A DNA stretch of 63,884 nt, counting the filler, from Chiloscyllium plagiosum (lineage: Eukaryota), in NCBI RefSeq assembly GCF_004010195.1. It is 12 parts of 12 records of this genome, joined end to end, with 100 filler letters (N's around TTAATTAATTAA, not from the genome) between each part and the next. Parts side by side here need not be neighbours in the genome. Positions count along the whole stretch, not along the records: positions 1 to 18,359 come from NW_025215351.1; 11 more parts are not named here. One strand, 5' to 3'. Positions within the stretch are counted from its first letter, which is position 1. Every line of letters starts with the position of its first letter. The translations under genes and the position numbers were made by a program. This document shows positions 1 to 12,572 of this stretch, in pieces. Below the pieces are notes generated by a model. That model saw nothing but the letters and a program-made list of their open reading frames with translations. It did no database searches and was not told the DNA's origin.

Positions 1-99
1 TTTAAAAACAAAACTGGCATATTTTAATATGTAGTGAAATTGCAATGTTGATTCTGGATTTTTATCGTTGATTTAGATTTTTTTTCAAATATTCTGCAG

Positions 100-490
100 G
101 AGAAAAGCTACTGGAGCCATCAGTATCTATCCTACTGCCACCCACAGAAGACGTTTCCGCTCAGAGGTTTCTCTCCCTCACCTGTTCAGTGAGAGGCTTC
201 TACCCCCGAGAGATCTTCATCAAATGGACAAACAATGACAAGCCAGTGAATCCCAGTAACTACAAGAACACCGAGGTGATGGCGGAGAGCGAGAACACCT
301 CCTTCTTCATATACAGCTGTTATCCATTACAGCGGAGGAGTGGGCCAGCGGTGCTTCATACTCCTGTGTGGTGGGACATGAAGCGATTCCACTGTAGATC
401 ATCAACAGAACAGTCGTTAAATCCAGCGGTAAACCGAGTTTTGTGAATATTTCCCTTGCACTGATGGACACTATTAATTCATGTCAATAA
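100..490 (+). pseudogene. IGHM: IgM heavy chain Cmu4 exon with secretory tailpiece, disrupted
   Basis: Acceptor ttctgcag ends at 99. Reads [42 protein letters not shown]...FFIYS, then a 1-nt deletion at ~317 (relative to the paralog at 61470-61816), an in-frame TAG at 395-397, and tail [20 protein letters not shown] (TAA 488-490). Matches shark IgM CH4 plus tailpiece as recalled. Internal membrane-form donor G|GTAAAC at 428/429. Confidence 0.93.
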
Positions 491-532
491 ATAACTCAAA
501 GTTGCTTTTAATAATTCAACAAAAGTAATAAA
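486..532 (+). terminator. Secretory-form polyadenylation signals
   Basis: AATAAA at 486-491 (overlapping the stop) and at 527-532. Both are conserved in the paralog on the minus strand (61425-61430, 61384-61389). Confidence 0.7.
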
Positions 533-1729
533 GCTTTTTCCTCCAATTGTGATTTAAATATACAACCGTTTAATTAATTGTGTTTCCCACTTTTACTGAT
601 ATTCCACCTGTAAAGGTAAGTTGGATTATTAACAGGTCTAGGACTCGTGTCTTGTGCAGTTAATGTCCCCTGCTCAGGAAAACTTAGGATCAGAGGCAAA
701 GTAAAGCTCACTCAATGCCGGATTCTGCAAAGTACCTTAACCATCTTAAATTCCATTTAAACGAAATCTGAAAATGCCCAATTTCTCTCAAGTAAAGACC
801 ACGAATTTTGAACTTTGTTTTCTTGATTCCCCGATTGCACATTCTCACAAAATTCATGTCGGATTTAAACTGACACAATGCAACAATTGCAAACGCAATC
901 TTAAGAGACATTTGGAATTAGTTTTGATTGGAAAATGCTAATCGCAAACAGTGCAGAGTAAGTTGAATATAACCCTTGTTTCTGTGGAATGAGGGATCTT
1001 GTACCAGTGCAGTGGTTGACAGAATGCATCTTTATTTCCACACCAAATAGACCCGAAAGGAAGGTTAGTGTTGTTGAGCCGAGGTAGGGGGAGAGGGGAA
1101 TTATTAATGGTCTGTACTCTTACTCACTCTGCAGAGTTTTCCAGATAGAAGTCCTCTGTAATGTAACCTAGTTGCTGACAGTAACAGTCAGCTCGTTGTT
1201 TGCTGTCCGAAGATCCATGTTTCCATGTAAAATAATACCTTTGTGTGTGCCGAATTCGATTGACCCTATTAATCGTTTGTTAACATTGAGTCCCTTTAAT
1301 CCAAAACTGGTATTTACATCATCCCAGTTTGTAGCCCATAGTTTTGTCTCAGCTTTCTGGAGCACATGGGATAAATTCTGGTCTTCGAACATTTGACATA
1401 ATTTTGCTTCACGTACAGAACATTTGTAGATATTTTGTAATCAACATGTTCAGAAATGCAATTCTGCATATCTGGAGTCGTGGGGATTTGAGCTCAGGTC
1501 TCTTGTCTCAGAGACAGAAATTATTTCGCTGTAACAAAAGAGTTGCTCACATCGAGGGCCGAAGGGCCTGTTCTGCGGAGTATTGTTGTATGTCCTAAAG
1601 CATCTATCTTTCCACGACGATCAGAAATGTTCCTGACAACATCAGGGTCAGATATAAATGTTGACAATCCATAAAAACTGGTACAATAATACAAATTACA
1701 GTCTCGTATAAGAGCTGAAACAGATGCAG

Positions 1730-2760
1730 AGAAATACTCACAAATACACACGTAAAAACACATGCACAGGCTCTCACCTAAAGACACATGCTTATGCACA
1801 CACATAAACCTGCACACAGATGAACTGTCACACACTCTTACATACACAGAGCCACATATGCAAATGGTACTTGAACACTCATCTAAGCTCCCACAAAAAC
1901 GCACATACACAGAAAGAATAGCACGTGCACAAGTGAACAAGGATATCCACAAATAATTACGAAAATCATAGACGCAAATTAATACACAAATGGACATGAC
2001 TGCATTTCTATTCATGCAGCATAATGCTGACAGACATACATTCATACGCACAAAGATACAACATCTGAAAAATGTCCTCCCACATGTCAACTCATACAGG
2101 CACATATGAGCACAGGGTTAGACATTAATATTATTTTTTTTTAATTTCCATAATCACAAACATATGATTGCAGAGGCAGCTTAATTTATATTTAAACCAC
2201 TTCGATCAGCACTTATACATGGTCACACACACACATAAATTCAGAGTCTCACGTGCAGACGCGCAAGTCATGGGGCGTTTTTTAAACAAGGAGAATGGCA
2301 CAAGCGTCAGCAAACATCCACACATAATAACACAAACAAGCACATCAGGCAATGGTTTAGGATAGATTGCCACACAAACAGAGATCATCACGCAAAGATA
2401 AACATCCACCAAACATGACGTTGCTTGCTCACATTTATTGAGCACAAACATGAAAATAACCTAATGTAGGTAGGATCTGAAATTGACAGACTCTGCTGTC
2501 TATTGGTAGGATGGCACTAACGCAAACTAGACACGCACAAAGACATTAAATGATAAACATAGGCATCAACGAAGTGCCATTTTAGCATGATGATGCTTAC
2601 ACATTGTGAAGGGAACAAGATTTACATACAAAATACACGTGAGCACATCAGCAATAAAGAATATGAGTATGTTTATTCATGCACACACTCCAAAATGGGC
2701 AAGTGCAAAGTAAGAGTCACGCATTACCACATCCACAAACACACGGAAAACATCAAGCAG
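1730..2760. repeat. Degenerate (CA)n-rich low-complexity tract in the Cmu4-TM intron
   Basis: Dense ACAC/ACAT runs. These explain the C/V-rich spurious ORFs at 1521-2451. Confidence 0.7.
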
Positions 2761-3300
2761 TAGAAAAAATAAATTAAGAGAGACATGGACAAAAACTTAT
2801 TCCTAAATATGCAGATCCGACAAACAAAAATATGAAGCAATGTTTTTACTGTGGATGAAATTTATATTCATGATTTGCCAAGCAATTGGTCACCAATATA
2901 TCATGAAGATGAGAACCATACTTGAATCTTTATCCAGTGATGGACAAAATTTTGAACTAAACTGCGGTCACAGCCCATATTTAAAGTATAACGATAAAAT
3001 TAAAATATTTGTTCTCAGTAAATATTCATCAAACGATAATATTCTTCAATAATAGCATAAAAGGCAAAGTAATTCGAAGTTTTCTGGCACGGACAGTAAG
3101 GAAAAATGTGCAGATAGTATTAGTAATTTCTTGCTGAGAGTCAGTAATGCATTAATACATGCAGATAGAGAGTCAAACCTGAGAAACACCTGACTGCCTA
3201 AAGAAGATGTAACGGTCTCTAATTACAATACTTAGGTGCAGATAGATCAGTCAGGATCAATAAACAATCTGAATACGTTCTCTCCGCTTTATATTCATAG

Positions 3301-3428
3301 ATTCAATAGATTGCACTTGGATTGAAGACTATGAAGATGATAATGGCAACATCTGGACAACTGCTTCCACATTCATCACCCTGTTCTTCCTGAGTATTTT
3401 CTATAGTGCTGCCGTCACTCTGGTGAAG
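3301..3428 (+). CDS. IGHM: IgM transmembrane exon TM1
   Basis: Acceptor ttcatag ends at 3300, phase 1. Reads (D)SIDCTWIEDYEDDNGNIWTTASTFITLFFLSIFYSAAVTLVK with the CART motif, then donor gtgaga at 3429. Splices in frame to the Cmu4 internal donor (G+AT=Asp). Confidence 0.95.
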
Positions 3429-3568
3429 GTGAGAGTAATCAAATATTTCACACAGCAACGAGCCAAAGATGTCTTGTGAAATATCGAAGTGTGCCACTGA
3501 ATACAACTGAGAACCTGAATGCATCTGATCATAAACATCTGCATCATGACATTATCTCTCTTTTCCAG

Positions 3569-3577
3569 GTTAAGTGA
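3569..3577 (+). CDS. IGHM: IgM TM2 exon coding part (VK*), completing the KVK cytoplasmic tail
   Basis: Acceptor ctcttttccag ends at 3568, then GTT AAG TGA. AATAAA follows at 3702-3707. Confidence 0.92.
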   Translation, partial: VK

Positions 3578-4156
3578 ATGAGTTGTGGACACCGTAGATT
3601 TTCCTCATCTGTTTATCAAAGCTTCTGAATTCCCAATCTACAATCTGTCCTGTTGCTGACTCGAACAGTGAGTTCACTTAAGTTTGTCAGTGTGTAACTG
3701 CAATAAATATTGATGGCCTTTCGTTTTCACTTTGATATCTTTGAGATTATTATAGTTGGAATAATTTATAGCTTCCCAATTCAACTTGTTTTTTTATTGT
3801 TCCTTATTCAGAAAGGTTGCCTGCCTTATATGTTGAGCCCTTGTATTCTCTTTCTGGCGATTGTTACAGATGTATATAACATTCACGGCTCATAGTGCAT
3901 GCAATCTCGTCTCAATGTAGCATCCAGTCAATATTTTCAGTTATATTAACTTTAACATACGCTTTTCTATAAACATGCTTCTGAAATGGTTAATAAATCT
4001 TGAATGAAATGCACTAACTTTGAGTTTGCTTGATTCTTTCTTCAAGTCCAATAAGTAAAAATATATTTTCCCAAGTTGACACGTCCCACTCCCTTCCCAG
4101 CAAACACTTTTCACTTGATCTGTCCAGTTAGGTTTCATCCAGTCATAAGGTTAATG

Positions 4157-4176
4157 CTGCGCCACCAAGTGGACCA
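4157..4176 (-). promoter_or_regulatory. CTCF-like motif 3' of the IgM TM exons
   Basis: Minus strand reads TGGTCCACTTGGTGGCGCAG, close to the vertebrate CTCF core. Matched by eye only. Confidence 0.45.
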
Positions 4177-5139
4177 CTAATATAAATGCATCTTTCACAC
4201 TGTCTCTCTCATAGAATTCTCTCGAGGCAGATTGATGAGACACCATTTCCTCTTAAGCACAAATCGTCACATGTGATAATAAAAATCAGGAACATTGCTC
4301 CACAGAAACGTATAAGAGGCAGGCAATGGAATGAGAAAGTTGAATCTGTTTAAAAACTAAAACTAAAAGTACTCCCAATATCAGGACAGCCTCGGTTAGT
4401 AATGCATAACTCGACACCCCAAATGTCCAACTAAACGTTCATCAGCCAAAAATGTCAACGTTCAGTCACATATGCAGGCACAACACATGAACAAACCAAG
4501 GGTGGATTCTCTCAACTGGAGTTTTTCGCACACATTTGATTCATGGAGCATAAATTCGAGGATCTATTTGACACACCACACCTCTCAAATCACATTAAGT
4601 GAGGCTGTGATATGTTTTATACAAGAATATTGCTGAACAGAAACCCTCAAAAATTATAAATCACAGCTCGATTTCGATCAGGCAAGGCAGAAATCAGATG
4701 TACAGTCGGAATTCAGCACCAATCATTGCAACTGTTTGCAGAGTCTGGATCCGATCTGGTCTCGAGACTCTGAAGACGTCTCAACTAGTCATAGTTTATT
4801 AGTTCGGGAAGCTACATATGTAGTATGAATCCCTTATGAAAACAATTGTAGATTTTTCAAATAATCCATCTATTTAGATTTGCCTCCGACAAATCTGGTA
4901 TCTGGAACACCCAACGATCTGTAACGACTCGAGGCCTGATAAGAAATTCACAGAACAAAGCTTTCCCATGTATTTTACTTTATCATTTCATCGTTAAACA
5001 TGAAATTTATACCTCTGCAAGGGACAAATGATCAAATTAAATACAGACATTTACACACGTATGCCTTCTCAAATTTGAAATGAACTGCTCATTTGAAGAA
5101 AATCGGCACACACAGAGGCTCTCCCTAAACGGTTAGAAC

Positions 5140-5370
5140 ATTAGTCGCATATGTTGTGGTTCTGTTCGCCGAGCTGGGAATTTGTGTTGCAGACGTTTCG
5201 TCCCCTGTCCAGGTGACATCCTCAGTGCTTGGGAGCCTCCTGTAAAGCGCTTTTGTGATGTTTTCTCCGGCATTTATAGTGGTTTGAATCTGCCGCTTCC
5301 AGTTGTCAGTTCCAGCTGTCCGCTGCAGTGGTCAGTATATTGAGTCCAGGTCGATGTGCTTATCCACAGA
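5140..5370 (-). mobile_element. Penelope-like element 3' end / pseudo-LTR
   Basis: Minus strand encodes ...DKHIDLDSIY*PLQ, resembling a PLE GIY-YIG C-terminus. It is followed by TATAAA and a hammerhead motif. Boundaries approximate. Confidence 0.7.
5188..5228 (-). ncRNA. Minimal type I hammerhead ribozyme motif
   Basis: GCA-CTGAGGA-T-GTCACCTGGACAGGGGAC-GAAA-CGTC-TGC. Core boxes intact; stem I GCA/TGC; stem II GTC..CCT/AGG..GAC; palindromic ACGT in place of stem III; GUC cleavage triplet. Confidence 0.75.
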
Positions 5371-5945
5371 TCAATCACAACTGTTGTTTCAAAACATCAC
5401 GCCAGGCAAAACGCGAATGCACCTTGAATGTCATAATTAATCCTGAGTCCGCTGCACATGTTACAGGAGTAGAAATTATCTAAAGCATTCGCTGCATTCA
5501 AGTAAGTTTCACTTTATCTTGTTTTGTGATATTTCGATTGCCAATTATATTTAGAAAGTGCCTGAATGCTCTGAATTCTTCTTCAGCGGGAACAGTTTCT
5601 CTCTAAGCGAATCTACCAAAATGTATCAGGGATTTAAGGGTTCAATCAAAGTAAAAATTCCTGTTCAGCAGAGAACAGTTCTAATTTCTCAAAGTCGATG
5701 AGGTGGATCATCCCAGGAACATTGTTGCGAATCAGTCATGCACCCTCTCTCATGACTTTGCATTTTTTTTTGCAAAAATGTAGCACCTGAAACTGGATGC
5801 AATATTCCAGGTGAGACAACGGACTGTTTTATTTCGGTTTAACAGAATTCCTTTGTGCTTGTTGTCGGCAGCACTATTTATGAATTTGGTATTTATTTGT
5901 TCTTCTGTCGACATGTCATGGTACATTACCTGATTTGAGCACACA

Positions 5946-6283
5946 TTAGATTAGATTAGATTACTGAAATTAGATTACTTTCAGTGTGGAAACAGGCCCT
6001 TCGGCCCAACAAGTCCACACCGACCCGCCGAAGCATATACCACCCAGATCCATACTCCTCCGTTTACCCCTTCACCTAACACTACGGGAAAACTACGACC
6101 AATTCACCTAACCTGCAAATTTTTGGATTATGGGAGGAAACCGGAGCACCCGGAGGAAACCCACGCAGCCACGGGGAGAATGTGCAAACTCCACACAGAG
6201 AGTCGCCTGAGGCGGGAGTTGAACCCTGGTCTCTGGCGCTGTGAGGCAGCAGTGCTAAGCACTGTGCCACCGTACCACCCACC
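5946..6283 (-). mobile_element. tRNA-derived V-SINE (HE1-like)
   Basis: Minus strand has an A/B-box-like head (GGTGGCACAGTG...GGGTTCAACTCCC), the V-domain TGTGGAGTTTGCACATTCTCCCCGTG..GGGTTTCCTCCGGGTGCTCCGGTTTCCTCCC, a CR1-like tail, and terminal (AATCT)n. Confidence 0.88.
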
Positions 6284-6899
6284 GTACCTACACCGATGAT
6301 CCTCTCCTTCTGCTCACCTTTGGATTTACACTTTTACTATTATGTGTTCTTCTGAGTTCATCACAAAATAAAGAAGCACGTCACACCTTCACGAGACTGA
6401 GATATATCTGACACAAGGAGGTCGTTACTGGAACATCTGCTACTTTCCATTTGATGTCCTTCCCTGCAACATCTGTAAAAATTTGAAGTTCTACCTTGAT
6501 CTCCCAACATCGCAATAAATGACCTTAAATTGTTATTCATTTATCTTCTTTAATTGTGCCTATTGGACCTAGGCAGAGGTTGTAACAACAAGTACACCAA
6601 ACATTGAACTCCGAGGATGTCGATGAAAAGGCGACTTACATCCTGAAAAAGCAAACTTCTGGTAACAAATGTTTGACTACTACAAAACAGCGATTGGGAT
6701 GAGTTTGATTTCATCAAAAATAAAATAGAAAATACCCTGAAGTTACAGCAGCCCAGACAAGACCTGAGCAGTGAGAATTGAGTAGTTTTTCTTCAGTTAT
6801 GTGCTATATCCAGAATATGCCTTACGGCACAATGTACCTTTATATTTCCCATCACCAAGTCACCTATTACGTTTTCTATTTTCAGTTATTAAGGATAGC

Positions 6900-7810
6900 T
6901 AGCTTAATTTATGCACAGAGTCCTGTAAGGGCCATTCACACCATCAAAAGGTGATGCAGAAGTCGGAAGATTGAGAAGGCGTTTCCCGTCAGTTTTTTTT
7001 CCTGTCGTGAGATAGTACTGCTGAACGAAGAGAGGATATTTCTGAGAGATGGTCCAGTCAAGCTAAGTAAATAGAAGTCAGAAATAAGAAGGCGATGCGA
7101 TTGTAATCGACTCCCCCAGTAGTCATAGTGAAATTGAAGAACAAATATGTAAAGAGATCTCATTTATATGTAAGAATAATGGAGTTGTAATAATAGTGAA
7201 GTTTAACCTGCCAAACATAAATTGGGACAGCCATAATGTGAAGGACTTGGATGGTGAGGAATTTGGTACATGTGCTCAACAAAGGTTTCTTCATTAATAT
7301 GTCGGTGCATCCACCACAGAGAGAAAAAGACTTCTCCTTGTCTTGTGATATAAGGCAGGACAAGTGATTGAAGTGTTTGTAGCGAAGCAGTTTGGGGCCA
7401 GTGACTATAATTCAATTAGTTTGAAAATACTTATGGAAAGGATAGGTCTTGTATAAAAGTTAAAGAATCTCATTGGATTCGGAGAAACTTTGATAGTATG
7501 AAACAAAAACTTCCAAGAGTTCATTAGAGTAAATTGGTTGCATGTAAAGGGAGGGCCGACAAGTGCGAGGCTTTCATAAGTGAGATAATGAAACGTCAGC
7601 GGCATTGCATTCCTGTTAGAGTGAAGGTAAGGGTGGTAAAAGGAGGAAACAATGGAGAAATAAAGATGCTCATGTTCTGGTTAAGAATAAAAATGAGTTG
7701 TATATTCGATACAGGCAAATGAGATTAAGTGAATTTCCTGAAAAATATAAGAGTTGTAGGTACATTTTTAAAAAGATAAATCAGGAGGGAAAAAGGGGAT
7801 ATGATATGAT
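6900..7810 (+). mobile_element. Decayed CR1 LINE ORF2 fragment (endonuclease end/linker)
   Basis: Degenerate similarity to other CR1 pieces in the window (e.g. FNLPNINW). Boundaries approximate. Confidence 0.6.
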
Positions 7811-7821
7811 ATATGATATAT

Positions 7822-8070
7822 GAAGATTGTACCAACCTTCACCACTTCCTCTGGCAGCTCATTCCATACATGCAACATTCTCTGCATTAAAAAGTTGCCC
7901 ATTAGGGACCTTTCATTTTTTTCCACTCTCACCCTAAAACTACACCCTCTAGTTCTGGACTCCCTCATCCCAGGAAAAAATCCTGTCTATCCACTATATC
8001 TACGCCCGTCAAGATTTTATACCCCTTGCCCTCAGATGCTCCAGGGAAAACAAGCAGCTTATTAAGCCTC
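7822..8070 (-). mobile_element. CR1 LINE 3' fragment
   Basis: ORF reads ESRTRGCSFRVR...GNFLMQRMLHVWNELPEEVV, the CR1 ORF2 C-terminal motif. Confidence 0.8.
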
Positions 8071-9034
8071 TTATTATATTACTGAATGTGGCCGTGAAGA
8101 TGGAGAGACCGAGAGGGAGTCCTTCATTAATCATGCTGCATTTTACATGAATGATATCATTATTTTAATATCAGTTAGTTTAAAATCGAGGATGGGTGCC
8201 TTTTCAATTTCTAGAGCTTGCAGTTAATAGAAACTATAAATTATTTCTGTATTTGTAATAACGTTTATCAACCCGTCAATTTACATTTAGTTGTTACAGT
8301 TATCATGTGAATTACTGCACTTCACTGAGTACTGAACCAAAAAAATCCCCAAAGCACAATAAAGTATTACTGCAAATTAAATACTGTCTCTAATTATTAC
8401 AAAATAAAAGTATTTAGCAATTCAATGACATCAAATTGCTGGGAATCTGATAAACTAGTCAGATCTGAGGTCGGCAAGAAGTTACAGGAGGTCATGAATA
8501 AATTTACAGTGTGGTGAAATAATTGGCAAACGAAATTCGACACAAATGAATGTAACGTGATGTATCTTGGAAGGAATAGTGTATCAGGTCACTTATTCGA
8601 ATTTGCACGTGTAATTGGGAGAGACAGATAAAGGGGTCTCACACAATTACATCAGTCACTAAAAGAATTGCCAAAGGAAAACGAAGACCATCAAAACACA
8701 AACAAAGCTCTAAGCTTTATGTATAAATGGAGAGATTTGAAAGTAGGGATATCTTGCTAAATTCCTGCTAAAACTGGTTTCGACTTTAATTAAAAGTATT
8801 GCCTTCAGTTCCTGCTGCCACGTTATAGAATGGACACACAAGCAGTGGAGAGGATGAAGAGAGATTTAAAAGAGTGAAACACAAATGTTTTAGTGTGTTT
8901 AAATTTGGAGGAGTTGTCGTGCTGTTCCCTCTTTCTTGAAAAGAAAAACAGGCTGAGGAGGCAAAAATTATGAAAGGTTTTGGTGAGAGCAGGGGCAGAG
9001 AAAACATTTCCTCCGTGAGGTAGAGCAGAAGTAG

Positions 9035-11010
9035 AGGTTGTCAATAAAAAGAAGGAAGCATATGTCCGGTTTATACAGTATAGATCGAGTGAAAACTTAG
9101 AAGAGTATAAAGGCAGTTGGAGTGTACTTAAGTGAGAAATCAGGCGGGTAAAAAAGGGGACATCAGATGGCTTTGACAAACAGAGTTAGGGAGAATCCAA
9201 AGGGCTTTGATAAATACATTAAGGAGAAAATGGCATCTAGGGAGAGAATAGGACCCCTCAAAGATCAGCAAGGCGGCCTTGTGTGGAGCCGCAGAAGATG
9301 GGGCAGATACTGAGCAACTATTTTTCATCAATATTTATTGTGGAAAAGCAAATCGAAGATGTGGAATGGAGGGAAATAGATGGTGACGTCTTGAAAAATG
9401 TCCATATTACAGAGGAGGAAGTGCTGGATGTATTGAAACGCATAAAAGTTATAAATTCCCAGGACCTGATCAGGTGTACCCTAGAACTCTGTGGAAAGCT
9501 AGGGAACTGATTGCAGGGCCTCTTACTGAGATATCTGTATCATTGATAGTCACAGGTGAGGTGCCCGAAGCTTGGAGGTTGGCTAACGTGGTGCCACTGA
9601 TTACGAAAGGTGGTAAGGACAAATCAGGGAGCTACAGACCAGATAATTTGATGTCAGTGGTGGGCTGGTTGTTGGAGGGAATCCTGAGGGACAGGATGTA
9701 CATGTAATTGGACAGGCAAGGACTTATTAGGGATAATCAACATGGCTTTATGCGTGGGAAATCATGTCTCAAAAACTTGCTTGAGATTTTTGAAGATGTA
9801 ACAGAGAGGATTGATGAGGGCAGAGTGGTAGACATTATCTGTATGGACATCAGTAAGGCGTGCAACAAGGTTTCCTATGAGAGACTGGTGAGCAAGGTTA
9901 GATCTCATGGAATACTGGGACAACTCACCATTTGGATACAGAACTGACTCAAAGGTCGAAGACAGAGAATGGGAGTGGAGGGTTGTTTTTCAGACTGGAG
10001 GCCTGTGACCAGTGGAGAGCCACAAAGATTGTTGCGAGGACCATTACATTTCATCATTTATGTAAATGATTTGGATATGAGAATAAGGAATATAGTTGGT
10101 CCGTTTACAGATGACACCAAAATTGGAGATGTAGTGGACAGCGAAGATTACTCCAGATTATAATGGGATCTTTTTCAGATGGGGCAATGAGCTGAGAAGT
10201 GACAGATGGAGTTTAATTTAGATAAATGTGATGTGCTGCATTTCGGGAAAGCAAATTTTAGCAGGACTTATGGTCAGGTCCGAGAGAGTGTTACTGAAAA
10301 AAAAGACCTTGAAGTCCAGGTTCACAGCTCCTTGAAAGCGGATTCGCAGGCAGATAAGATAGTGAGGAAGACGTTTTGTATGCTTTCCTTTATTGGTCAG
10401 AGTATTGAGTACAGGAGTTAGGAGATCACGGTGCAGCTGGACGGGACATTGATTAGGCCACGTTTGGAATATTGCGTGCTATTCTGGTCTCCTTCCTATC
10501 ACAAAAAATGTTGTGAATCTTGGAAGTGTTCAGAAAACATTTACAAGGATATTGCCAGGATTGAAGGATTTAACCCATCGCAGAGGTCGAAACCGCTAGG
10601 GTTATTTTCCCTGAAGAATCGCAGACTGAAGGGTGACATTATAGAGGTTTATAAAATCATGAGGGGCTTTGATAGGATAAATAGACAATGTATTTTCCCT
10701 GGGATGGGGGAGTCCAGAACGAGAGGGCATAGATTTAGGGTGGGTGGGGAAAGATACAAAAGAGACCTAAGAGGCAACATTTTCACTCAGAGGGTGATAT
10801 ATGTATGGAGTGAGCTGCCAGAGGAAGTGGTGACGGTTAGTACAATTGCAACATTTAAAAGACATTTGGATAGGTATATGAATAGGAAGAGTTGGAGGGA
10901 TATGGGCCATGTGCTGGCAGGTGGGACTAGACTTGGTTGAGATATATGGTCGGCATGGATGAGTTGGACCAAAGAGACTGTTTCCATGCTGAACATCTCT
11001 ATGACTCTAT
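9035..11010 (+). mobile_element. 5'-truncated CR1 LINE (RT domain to 3' end), frameshifted
   Basis: Consecutive ORF pieces: WRLANVVPL..KG, NQHGFMRGKSC, GPFTDDTK (FADD motif), RPRLEYCV, TRGHRFR, then an (ATGACTCT)-type tail. Confidence 0.92.
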
Positions 11011-12095
11011 GAGTCCCCACGAAATCCAAAAGGGAATTAAGATGAACCTGCGGTCCAAGGTCTCTTTGTTCAACAACACTCCCGAGGACCTTACCAATAA
11101 CTGCCTAAATCCTGCTAAGATTTGCTTTCCCAAAATGCAGCACTTCGCATTTATTTGAATTAAACTCCATCTGCCACTTCTCAGCCCATTGGCCGAACTG
11201 GTCGAGATCCTGTTGTAATCTGAGGTAACCTTCTTCGCTGCCCACTACACCTCCAATTTTGGTTTCATCTGCAAACTTACTAAATGTAACTCTTAAGCTC
11301 GGTTCCAAATCATTTTTATAACTGACAGAAAGTATAGGTCCCAGTACCAATCCTTGTGGCACTCCACTAGTCACAGGCCTCCAGTCTGAAAAACAACCTT
11401 CCACCACCACGCTCTGTCTTCTTCATTTGAGCCAGTTCTGTATCCAAATGCCTAGTTCACCCTGTATTTAAGATCTAACCTTGCTGACCTGTCTGCTCTG
11501 GGAAGCTTTGCCGAATATCTTACTGAAGCCCATATAGATCACCTGTACTGCTCTGTCCTCATCAATCCTCTTTATTATTTCTTCAAACAAGCTTAATCAA
11601 GTTTGTGAGACATGATTTCCCTCGCACCAAGTCACGTTGACTATCCCGAATATGTCCTTGCCTTTTGAAATACATGCACATCCTGTCCCTCAGGATTCCC
11701 TGCATCTTTATGCATTTCAAGACATCCATCACTTCCTTCTCTGTAATATGGACATTTTGCAAGGTGTCACCATCTATTTCCCTACAATCTATATCTTCTG
11801 TATCCTTTTCCACAGTAAATACTGATGCAAAATACTCGTTTGGCATCTCCCCATTTTCTGCAGCTCCACACAAAGGCCGCTTAGTCGATCTCTGAGGGGT
11901 CCTATTCGCTCCCGAGTTACCCTTTTGTTCTTAATGTATTTGTAAAAACCTTTGGATTCTCGTTAATTCTACCTGCGAAAGCTATCTCTTAAATATACTC
12001 CTCCTGCTGTTATACTCTTTTTAGGATTACTCAGTCTATCCTGTCTATACCTTACATCTGCTTCCTTCGTTTTCTTAACTAAACCCTCAATTTCT
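11011..12095 (-). mobile_element. CR1 LINE RT fragment, internally deleted, opposite orientation
   Basis: VTSGVPQGLVLGP, SKFADETK, WQMEFNSNKC in ORF 11105-11410. Confidence 0.88.
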
Positions 12096-12572
12096 TACCT
12101 GGATAGGTGCAACTCTGACAATCCTGAACAAGCTAGACACAAAGCTGCCTGCCTGTTTGGCACCACATCCACAAACATTCAGTCCCTCCACCACCAGCAC
12201 TCAGTGGCAGCAGTTATTCCTATCTACAATGTGCACTGTGGAAATTAACCAAAGATTCCAAGACAGCATCTTCCAAACACACAACCACTTCCATCCAGAA
12301 AGACAAGGGGAACAGGTACTTGGGAGCACCACCATCTGCAAGTCCCCTCCAAGCCACTCACCATCCTGACTTGGAAATATATCGCCATTCCTTCACAGTC
12401 GTTGGGTTAAAACCCTGAAATTCCCTCCCGACTGGCATTGTGGGTCAACCCACAGCACGTGGACTGCAGAAATTCAAGAAGGCAGCTCACCACGACCTTC
12501 TCGAGGGCAATTAGGGATGGGCTATCATTGCTGGACAGCCAGCGACGCCCAAGTCCCACAAATGAATAAACA
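12096..12572 (+). mobile_element. 3' end of another non-LTR retroelement family (CR1/L2 clade-like)
   Basis: SLHHQHSVAAV..IY..HC-like remnant and tail GGGCAATTAGGGATGGGC. The tail recurs at ~28400-28470, ~31160-31240, ~38150-38200, ~42660-42960 and ~62505-62590. Confidence 0.6.

Noticed and set aside
100-490. IgNAR or IgW identity for the heavy-chain exons
   Set aside because: The Cmu4 tail, CH1 and VH-D-D-JH organisation match IgM as recalled; no NAR-type V was seen.
1521-2451. Cys-rich ORFs (also 19098-19493 and 20268-20573), or a switch-like region
   Set aside because: Products of degenerate TG/CA microsatellite; no AGCT- or G-rich switch repeat structure.
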